IMG/VR virus record: IMGVR_UViG_3300008952_000003 | Span: 32,001-96,000 of that record | DNA: 64,000 nucleotides | Strand: one strand, 5' to 3' | DNA from: a virus | Shown: positions 18,816 through 29,300 of the stretch, piece after piece | Layout: the number at the start of each line of letters is the position of its first letter | Position numbering within the stretch: position 1 is the stretch's first letter | Made by a program: the position numbers and the translations under genes | Notes under the pieces: model-generated | The model's input: the letters and a program-made list of their open reading frames with translations, nothing else | Told to the model about the DNA's origin: nothing | The model's database searches: none

Positions 18816-20305
18816 TGAGTATTAAAAGATATGTTGCGAACGCAGACAATACGATTACTAGCGCATTTAAATCAAATTTGAGGAATCGCGGCACTGATGC
18901 AAACATGGGCGCCTCCGATGTCCTAGAAACTTTCTCCATTTATGGGCAGGCCTCATCGGACTCAACGGAATTAACCAGGATTTTGATAAATTTTCCAGTA
19001 AACAAAATCTCAGCAGATCGATCGGCAGGAATAATTCCCGAAGTTGGAAATGTAAACTTTTATCTGAAAATGCACAACGCCGAACACAGTCAAACGACCC
19101 CCAGGGACTTGATTTTGAATGTTCAGGCAGTCTCTAGATCCTGGCAGGAAGGAACTGGCCTGGATATGGATGAGTACAAAGATGTTGTAGAGCCCGGAGA
19201 TATTGGATCCACATGGATGAGTGCTTCCAGCACAGAAGCCTGGACCAGGACTGGGGGAGATTATCATATTACGCCCGCATATCAACAAACATTCGATAAT
19301 GGAACAGAAGATCTCAGCATTGATATCACATCTGTTGTCGAAGAGTGGCTCGACGGCACAAAAGGCAGGTATGGCCTGGGTGTACACATCACTTCCAGCC
19401 AGGAGGCATACTACTCTGGATCCGCTGGGTCAGATTCTACTGACGGGGAATTAAATAATTTAGTAGGATCCAGAACAAGTTATTATACAAAGAAATTTTT
19501 TGGCAGAGGATCCGAGTTCTTTTTCAAGAGGCCGACAATTGAGGCTCGTTGGGACAGTTCGATCAAAGACGACAGAGGGAATTTCTTCGCCAGTAGTTCA
19601 TTATTGCCAGCAGGCGAAAATATAAGATCTCTATTCCTCTATAACGAGTTCAATGGCAGGCTTTTTGATTTGCCAGGACTCCCTACAGATACAGCGAGCG
19701 TGCGGCTATATACGACCGTGGGTGGCACTGAACAAATCGGCGCCGATATATCGGCCCCAAAGATATCAAGAGGGATATACGAAGCCTCCTTTGCAGTAGA
19801 CACTACTGCTAGTGTTTTGTATGATAGATGGTTCAACCCCACATTCACCGAGTGTTATCACACGGGAGCAGTGAAGATAAAGCAGCACAAGGCACACAAC
19901 TATAACCCATATCCAGCATATGTTACAAATATCACGAATTTAAGACCAATATACTACACACACGAAGCGCCAAGATTCAGGCTTTATGTGAGAGAAAAAG
20001 AATGGTGCCCAACTATTTATACAATAGCAAACAAGGCTAATGACACTCTCACCATTCAGAGCGCTTCCTATCAGATTCACAGGAATATAGATGATCTCAT
20101 AATCATCCCTTTCGGGACTGGAAGTGAAAAGAGCACAGGAATGTCCTTTGATGTGAGTGGGAATTATTTTGACTTAAGCATGGACCTTTTTGAACCTGGA
20201 TATTCATATGCAATAAAGGTTGCTTATTATAGCGACACAGTACAGAGTCACATTGAACAACCTTATGAGTGGAAATTTAGAGTAGAAAATCTGGAAACAC
20301 AATGA
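18815..20305 (+). CDS. Virion structural protein with a DNRLRE-like N-terminal domain
   Basis: TRILINFP, SRSWQEG, W...GGDY, DLSIDITSVVEEW; resembles the DNRLRE pattern; baseplate context. Confidence 0.5.
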   Translation: MSIKRYVANADNTITSAFKSNLRNRGTDANMGASDVLETFSIYGQASSDSTELTRILINFPVNKISADRSAGIIPEVGNVNFYLKMHNAEHSQTTPRDLILNVQAVSRSWQEGTGLDMDEYKDVVEPGDIGSTWMSASSTEAWTRTGGDYHITPAYQQTFDNGTEDLSIDITSVVEEWLDGTKGRYGLGVHITSSQEAYYSGSAGSDSTDGELNNLVGSRTSYYTKKFFGRGSEFFFKRPTIEARWDSSIKDDRGNFFASSSLLPAGENIRSLFLYNEFNGRLFDLPGLPTDTASVRLYTTVGGTEQIGADISAPKISRGIYEASFAVDTTASVLYDRWFNPTFTECYHTGAVKIKQHKAHNYNPYPAYVTNITNLRPIYYTHEAPRFRLYVREKEWCPTIYTIANKANDTLTIQSASYQIHRNIDDLIIIPFGTGSEKSTGMSFDVSGNYFDLSMDLFEPGYSYAIKVAYYSDTVQSHIEQPYEWKFRVENLETQ

Positions 20306-23300
20306 CAATAAGAGATCTTTTCGATAGCGCAAATTCTTATAAAATCTTATCTAATGAAAATCTTGAAAATCTCGGAGCGAATGTTGAATCTTCGGGAAAC
20401 ATGCAACAAAGATTGGAAGAAAAAGATAGATTCGTTCCAATAGTAAATTTTAGATATCCTGAAAACTTTGCTAGATACGGGAAAGCAGAAAAATATTATA
20501 AAGATTCTCTTAGTAGGATTTATAATGATTATCCATATGATGGATCACTAAAAGAGCGAGCCCAGTTTAGAAATGAATCTTCCTATCTGGACCTCTATCT
20601 TTTAGATAACAAGTATCCGAGATCGACAGGTTATTCGATCTTTTCTCCAAATGGCTGGGGAACACAAGTAGACTCCGCTTCTTTCGGCGGCGATCCGACA
20701 AACATCATCGCCAAACCGAGCACTTTAGAATATATTCAGGTAATCGGCGGGCCCCACGAATCACCATCTGAATTCATAAGTAGTTCTCTGAGAAGCCAGT
20801 TTGAACATGCGAATAAGTATGATTCTTCAACCCACCGCGAATCAAATTTAAAATGTGATTTTGACGAAGGCGTTTCAATTGAATTTTGGATGAAAAAATC
20901 CACCTTGATGACCGGAAGTACCTCTTTCGAGGTCCCAGCTATGCTATCAAACGAAGATAGTGGATCAGTTCAGATATTGTTGTCGACCAGAGACGCTGCC
21001 GACCCCACACAAACCAGATTTACAACCGTATTCACATCTGGCTCAATCGTCGGCTTCGATGATACCGCTCCGCTAACAAACACAGAGATCCTAGACGATA
21101 AATGGCATCATTATGCATTCACTTTTCAGAATTCTGCAAGCGTCGTTGAAATAAAAACTTACTACGATGGGGCCTTGGTCCAACAAGCACCTGCGTCTTA
21201 TCCGCTAGGCGTCCCATCGACTATTAGTGAGATTACCGGCGCCCTAAAATTAAACGTCGGAGCCTCCAGGAAGGCTTTATATAACTTGGCGCCCGGCGTA
21301 AATGTAGACTGGCCAGAAGATGGCTGGGGAAAACTCTCTGGGTCACTCGATGAATTCCGCTACTGGAAAACAGCAAGGACATCGGAAGAAATAGGAAAAT
21401 ATTGGTTCACACAGTATGGTGGAGGAACAAACAGGGATGATGCTAATGTGGACTTGGGCGTCTATTTGAAGTGGAACGAGGGGATAACCGGAATCAACTC
21501 TATCGACTCGACGGCGCTTGACTATTCTGGGAGGATATCCAACGGAAGTTGGACAGGATACACTCCAGAGGCCCGATCCACTGGCTCTGCCATGGACGAA
21601 TACCTGAAAAAAGAGAGTGAATTTAGAGATCCAATAATATATTCGTTTCACCCAAGGGTAGTAAGTCTTGAAAATTCACTAATAGAGTCAGGCTCAGCAT
21701 ATGATTTAGAGAATAACGCTTCAATATATAATTCGATTCCATCGTGGATTACAGAAGATGACGAAATAGGATCCGAGGACGTATTAAATCTCACACAGAT
21801 ATTAGCAAGCTATTTCGATACTCTGCAGTTGCAAATGGAAGCACTCCCTGCCCTAAAAGATAAAACATATAATGATCCAAATATAATAAAGCCAAAAACA
21901 TTTAGCAGCCGCCTATTAGAATCTCAGGGTTTCATAGCGCCAGAGATCTTTGCCGATGTTGATGCATTGGCCCAAATAATGAACCGCGATGACGACAGGA
22001 AATATGAACTAGATCTGACAGATATTAAAAATACGATATATCAGAATGTTTACAATAACTTGATCAACATATATAAATCGAAGGGAACTGAAAAGGGTTT
22101 TAGAAATATTGTTCGATGCTTCGGCGTTGATGACGAGCTAATACGATTAAATATTTATGGAAATAATGTAAGCTATGACTTAAAAGATAACTATAGAACG
22201 ACCACTCTGAAAAAGAGATATGCAGATTTTAATCACACTGATAGATTTTCAGCCACTGTCTATCAACAAACAGCTAGCGGAAATCCAAATACAGTTTCAT
22301 TTATTAGTGCCTCTTCTGATAGTGAATATGTTCCCTTTACGTTAGAGGCTGAAGTGATCTTTCCCAAGAAGTTGGGAAAGGATAATCCTCTCTATTTTGA
22401 TACCCCATTTTTATCTTCTTCTCTTTTTGGATTCCACGGCGGCATCGATGATATAAATTTTGCATGGCCCCCACTAGCAGACGATAGAAACTTACAGGTA
22501 TACGCTGTTCGAGAAGAGTTGGAGTCTAAAAATGTATTCTTCCAACTTAGAAATAGAGATGCATCAATCAATTTAACGACTGACATATTTGAGGATGTAT
22601 ATGATAATCAAAAATGGAATTTCGCCCTAAGATACAGATTTCCAGTCACGGGGGTAGATTTGGTCAGCGGCTCCGATACTGCAACACCAATCGTGGAGCT
22701 TTATGGGGTAAATTCTGATGCTGGTATAGTAAGTAACGAATTCCTCCTGACAGCCTCAGTCGCTAGTTCTTTCGGGACTTCCCCAAAGAGGATATACCTG
22801 GGAGGACATAGGCTCAATTTTACTGGGTCGATTATCGATCATGCTGACACAAAAATATCATCTTTGAGGTACTGGACGAGTTATCTAGATAATGATGTTA
22901 TCAAAGTTCACGCACGAGATCCTTCAAACTATGGCACCAAGTCCCCATACGAGAGTACATATTTATATATTACATCGCTGACCGGAGTCGCAGTCCCCCA
23001 GGCAGAAACACTAGCTTTGAACTGGGATTTCTCAACAGTAACTTCATCGGATGGCGGAATATCTGGAGTCCCAACCATATCAGATGCTGGATACACGGTG
23101 CAGGATTTCTCTTCTGGGTCTCTGAATCTGATCGATCGATACAAGTGGCTTGGAAATATAGTAAAAAGACAACATACTGGTCGAGGAGATTTCCTCCTCC
23201 CAGATGACAAAAAGGTTGTAGATGTAAAATATGTATACAGCGGAAAACAAGTCGCCCCAGAAGTTATTCAGTCTTCTGATGCGATCAGTGTTCTTGGCGA

Positions 23301-26300
23301 ATCTGACATATATTTTAATAGAGATACTCGCCCCGTAAACTTCTTTTACGCACTTGAGAAAAGCATGTATCAGACAATCTCTGATGAGATGTTGAATATT
23401 TTCTCTACAATCGTTGATTTTAATAACCTAATTGGAGATCCAGTTAACAGATATCGACAAAAATACAAATCCATGGAAAAATTGAGACAACTCTTTTTTG
23501 AAAGAGTTCAAAATACTCCGGATTTAGATAAATATGTCGAATTCTATAAGTGGATAGATGCCTCTCTAAACATAATGCTTCAGCAGCTTGTGCCAATGTC
23601 TGCAGATGTCTCGAAAGAGATCAGAACTATGATAGAGAGCCACATTCTTGAGAGAAATAAATATTGGACAAAATTCCCAACTCTAGAGATGGTGCCGACC
23701 GACCCGGAATCAGGGGCCAAGGGAATAAATGAGCTATTATATGATTGGAAAAGAGGCCACCACCCAGTAAACAATCAGCAAGATACGAATTGTCCATGGT
23801 GGAAGCAGAGAGCAGATAGGGTTGGCGATACGATCGCCTCTCCGGTCATATCTTCTGGCGACCCAAAGGTTGACGCCGGAAGGCAAAAGATACTTGACGT
23901 ATCAGTGAGTGCCCTTAACCGATCTTATTCGACCCCCTATAGACTGGGAACCGCCCAATCCAAAGTGCTGAAAGGGGGCTCAAATGTCCCAGGCGCGAAA
24001 AAGCAGAATTTTTTAAGAACTACTTTAAATTTTGGCACCACTAACGGCCTCCTCCTACTTGATGGCCCAAAATATGTTATTGACTGCGTAGAGGATGATG
24101 TATATCAACTAAACTATCGCTCATTTGTGAAAAAGATCCCATTTACTGATGATTATACTACAAATAACTTTAATTTCTTGGCACCCGGCACTCTCGTCGG
24201 ATTCCCAGATAAAGGATCAGTACCAACGGCAGATTATCACCAGGATTCGTATGGTCCAGATATAGAGGTGCCCGCTCAGAGCCCCTTTACGGAGGCCCAC
24301 GTTGGAGGTTTGCAATTCCGACACGCTCCAGCAAATGACGGGCTTGATGATGCAAATAGTAGGCCCGAAGGGTGGAAGGTGGACTTTAGCCCCAGTGGCG
24401 TAATTCTTACACATCCAGATGTTGACAAGCCTCGTGCAATGTATTATCGCGACGAGACAGCGAAAAGACCGCTAAATATCAGAAATATCAAGGGCTCATA
24501 TGGAAATTACACGAAAGATCACCAAGTTGTTCAATCTGCTGGTAGGTATATCAACAATCATGCATGGGTCCAAGCTGGAGGGTGGGATTTAAATCCTGCT
24601 GGCGCGCCGTCAATTTATGTAGCTGGTCTGATAGATATCCCAAGGATACAAAGAGGAAGACACGAATCTACTATAGTGTCGAGATTTTCAGCTCCAGGTG
24701 GTCCAGAGACCATGGGAGACTCAAATGGTGGCCCCGGATTAGATAGATATTCGGCAGAACTTTCATTCAATAACGACCTAAACGCCAGAAACTACACAGT
24801 TAGGAGCATAGAAAACAAGCTTTTGACATCTCACGTCAATCAATTCGGATATTTTTCGAATACTGGAGATATTGTTGATGGACCCTCATCTTCGGTTAAT
24901 CCACTAGACTATTCTGGGACTGGATCAATATATCAAGTCAATAGGAATATAAGAAGAAGACTAGAATTAAGCGGAACTGCTGTAATAACTGGATCACTTT
25001 ATGACAATTATTGGGTAAATCACCCAATCCCGCAAAGTGATTTGCAATATGCGTGGATAAATAGCTCATACGAGTCGGTAGATCCATCTGGGCTTGGATA
25101 CTGGCACGAAGCCATGTTTGAATTTACAACAAGAGAAAAGGTTGTTCTATCTGAGTCATTTACATCAAGCTTGGATCCGACAAAATGGACATCACAATCA
25201 GTCACGATGAGACAGAGTGATGATTCAGATAACTGGATAGCACGAATGGGGACAAACTTGGGAGTTGGATCAGATCCGAGATTGTTGACAACTGCAAAAG
25301 ATTATAATCTTCCTTTTAGGGTCGACTATTCCTATGCAAGGGGAGGCTTTCAGAACCCTACAAGTCGGATGTACCTGGAGTTTGATGGAAATTCTCTGTT
25401 GTATGGTTCTGCAGCCGCAGTTAGTGCGTCTGATGGGAGAAATTCTATTTCATTTTGGCTCAAGTTTCAGGGCCCCATCGGATCCGATAGGAGAATTATG
25501 TGTACTGGAAATTCTCAAGATAAAAGACTATACCTTGATCTTGTCACTCCCACTAACTACAGCCTACGGTACATCCGCCGATTCACTGGCACCGATAAGT
25601 CATTCCGCGTTACTTTGACTGATCTTTATGATTCCGACTATTTTTTAGAAAATTTTGTACATATATGTTTGGTGGATGATGAGAATGATCCTGTATTTGA
25701 GCCAGTGCTTTATGTCGATGGAATGAATGCCACAACTTTTAGTTCACCATCTTTCTTCAGCGCCACAGGAACACCAGAAATCATTCTTCCATCTGAACGG
25801 TTTCATATTGGTGAAAATTTCTTGGGAACTTCCACCGAGGCCTTTTCCGGCTCCATGGACTCAATAAGTTGGTTCAACAAGTTATTAACAGAAGCACAGG
25901 CGCAAGAGTTATACAACAACGGAACACCAGGCGCTGTCCAAAATGTCTCTTTTTGGCCAACTAGCATAACGGCGTCAAATCAAGTTCATTATTGGCAATT
26001 GGGTGATGCAAATAATGACGAAATTCTCCTTGGCGCGCCCCCGGTATCACCGAGCGTTTATGATGTGGGAGAAATCCCAGGCGCTCATGACGAAGACTTG
26101 TATGCCTGGGGTGCGGGAGATATGCAATTCCTGGAATATCCTGGCTACAATATGGCGTCACCTCAAGTGACTAACGATGAAACAATGTCTTTTGAAGTCA
26201 GCTTGGATTCAGGCGCCACCTGGGTAACGGCAAGTGTTCTTGCTGATCTCGGTGATCTCGCCGGAAATAATGTCGGATTTCTCACAAAAAATCGAACTTT

Positions 26301-29300
26301 CCTACAAAATACCCCTGGCCAAACGGCTAGAATAAGATTTAGACAAGATAATTTTTCAAACCCCAAGAGAGACCACTGGGCACTTAATGAAGTTACAATA
26401 TCAGAAATAACATATGTAGACCCAGTAACTTTCTCGCCTTACGGTGATTTTGTTTCTAGATTGTGGACCGGTGGCCCAAATATTAGATTCGGCGCAAACT
26501 TAGAGGAAATCGCAGACACCCCGCTTTTCGAGGTGTATGTCCCAACTGTATATAATGGCTTAAACTACAATGTTTATGAGCCAATCGATACTGAAAACTC
26601 TCAAATCGGATATCCACTTTCAACCGATATAGGCGATTATCTGAATGAAGCCCTTGTACCAGGTTTTAGAAATAAGGTTGGAGACGTTCCCGCGCAACGC
26701 CTTGGAAGATCCAGCATGCTAAACGCCATTCTTCTAAAAAGAAACGGCCCATATCAATATCCCAACTGGAAGCAAATTAGGACGGGCGAGCATGCTCTAG
26801 CAAGATACTACAGAAACAACAACATTATCACTGTCACAAGAGAGCCCGGCCGAAGCTTGACACTAGATGGACAAGCTTATATAGAGCCATTTGGAGATAC
26901 ATTTTCCTTCAAGGAGCCAGCAGTTAATTCGAAATATGCTCCTGTTGAGTTCAGTCTCGGCATGAGAATGGAAACAATACCAGAAAATGGTGATCCATAT
27001 TATATTGTGCGCCCAGTGACAATCAAGACAAGCTATGGAAACAACTTGGGTTATTTTGATAGCCCCAAACTAAATAGGCTGGCAAAATTTGATGACGAAA
27101 ATGATGGTCTTGAAGAGCAGCCATACGATGTTATTAAAGATATGTATTTAAATGGCGCACTGAATAAGTTAGAAAGCCCAGTATACAGTCTGGTTAGCTT
27201 GAAATACGCAGAAAAAGTATATCCAGCAGTAAAAAACCTATATTCAAAACAAGTCCGCGAACGAATTGATTTTTCTAATACTTTCTGGCGCCAATCAAGA
27301 GTTGATAGAAACACGCTTGGTTCTGAAAAGTTCGGAGGAACAAACTCTCAAGGATTTGTTCGCGCCCAAAGCGCCTGGGCCCTAGATGGCCGCACTGATT
27401 TTACAAGAAACGCCAATGTTGCTAGAAACTATGATAGCCCCACCTCGACAAACGGAGAGTTGCAAAACGAATATACGATGGTGTGGAGAGAGAATCACAT
27501 CGTCGCCCCAGCTTTTGCTGAGGATCTCTTCCCGACAGTCATATACAGTAGGAGACAGGATCCAAATACTTTGTATTCAGTGGTGTCTCCAAATGGAATG
27601 GAGTTCATAAACACGAATTCAACAAGCTCTACATATGTCGCACAGATAGAATTCCAATCAGATTTCTCCAACTATCCAGGAACAGCATCCCATGGTTATA
27701 TTAACTCTGCAGTCGGCGATGCAAAATGGCAATCCGGAGAACTGGCTGGGAAAATTATCGATGGAAGTTTCGCATCTGCATCTACTACACCATATTACGA
27801 TGACTATGACAGATTCAATGAAGAACTGAGATTGAAAAACAAGGATTACTCAATAGTTCCAGAGTTCAGAATCAGCGAACACATGGATTTTTATTTCGAT
27901 GAGCATGGTGGTGATTTTCTAACAAACAACAAGAATATGCTTTCTATCTTTGGGTCACCGTCAGCAAGTTCTGGTCAGGAGGGTTTTTACAAAACTTACT
28001 CTCACGGCGATTTCATGAAGTTCTTTGAAGTCATCGATTCTGACCACAAAGAAATAAGTGATTTAGAGAAGACATTGACACTAAAGTGTAGTGCTTTGAA
28101 GAAGTTTGTACCTTATGATGGATTTTATCCAGCAGAAAGATGCCTAGAGATAGCTAATAAATTTTCTAGTTCATATTCGCAGTATGTGACCTCAAGTGGG
28201 AACTTTGAGTTCAAGGATACTCAAATTAGAATGAGACCTCTCATGGCACCATTTATGGCCCCTGGGATACTATTTAACACTATCAAGTCGGGTATCGCCG
28301 TAGATTATCCAGTATACACTGGCTCATATATTGCGGCGCGATATATACTGAAAAACTCAACCCCCGGAATACACGGTGGTGACACCTATTTAGAAGAAGA
28401 TTTTGTTTCTGGCAGCGGAGGAACATTCGAGAGAGGCGTGGACACAGCAGTGTGGGATTTTGATACTTCCAATGACGGGCCAGATGTCAGAGAAAATGTC
28501 GCACAAACAAACTGGATTTTCAGATTCAGGGGGACGCACTCGCCAGACAAGAGGTATTTAATAACTCAAGATGAATTTGAGACTCCATTCAGAGTGACTT
28601 TTAAATATTGCAGGGGAGACTTTGAAAATGGTCTAACTCCGGGCTATGATCTAGAGCGCCCGGAAGTTAACGATGATTTCATGTTTGGTTATAGCGTTGA
28701 TGGTGGCACAACATGGCTGACCCAATCTGTTTTTACCTCTGGATCTACCAAATCTGGAGATGACTTAGTTGCCCTCGGAGGTTCCGGATTCTTAGAGCAT
28801 ACGGCATCTTTCCCAGCAGGCTCCGGGTCTGTCAAATTGATGTGGAAGCAGATAGATTGGACTGGTGGAAATGCTGATAACTGGGCCATCGACGATGTGT
28901 CGATTGATGCCTATTTCCACCCAACTCCTTACTATGGACTCGGCCCAAAAAGCATAGATAAAGTTGGGTGGGATTACAGAGTTCCATTCGAGGCCGTATT
29001 ATATCCGGAAATGACAAATGGATTAGATTTCGTAGATATGGAAGTGAATCCACAAATTGCCCTGTCAAGCTCTCTTACGTTCGGAGTCATCATCGATCCA
29101 AGCATGCGGACAAGATTGGTTGCCCCATCTACTGATAATTTGTATAAACTCATGATCAATAATTTCTTAGCAGAAACGGTTGAGTTTTTTCTGAAAAATG
29201 GTCGCCTTTCATCATTTAGATCAAACGCGAGTGATACTGGATTCGAATTCAAGTCAGGATCCTACGGAATGAGGGTAAAGATCCGAAGAAGTATGAACAA

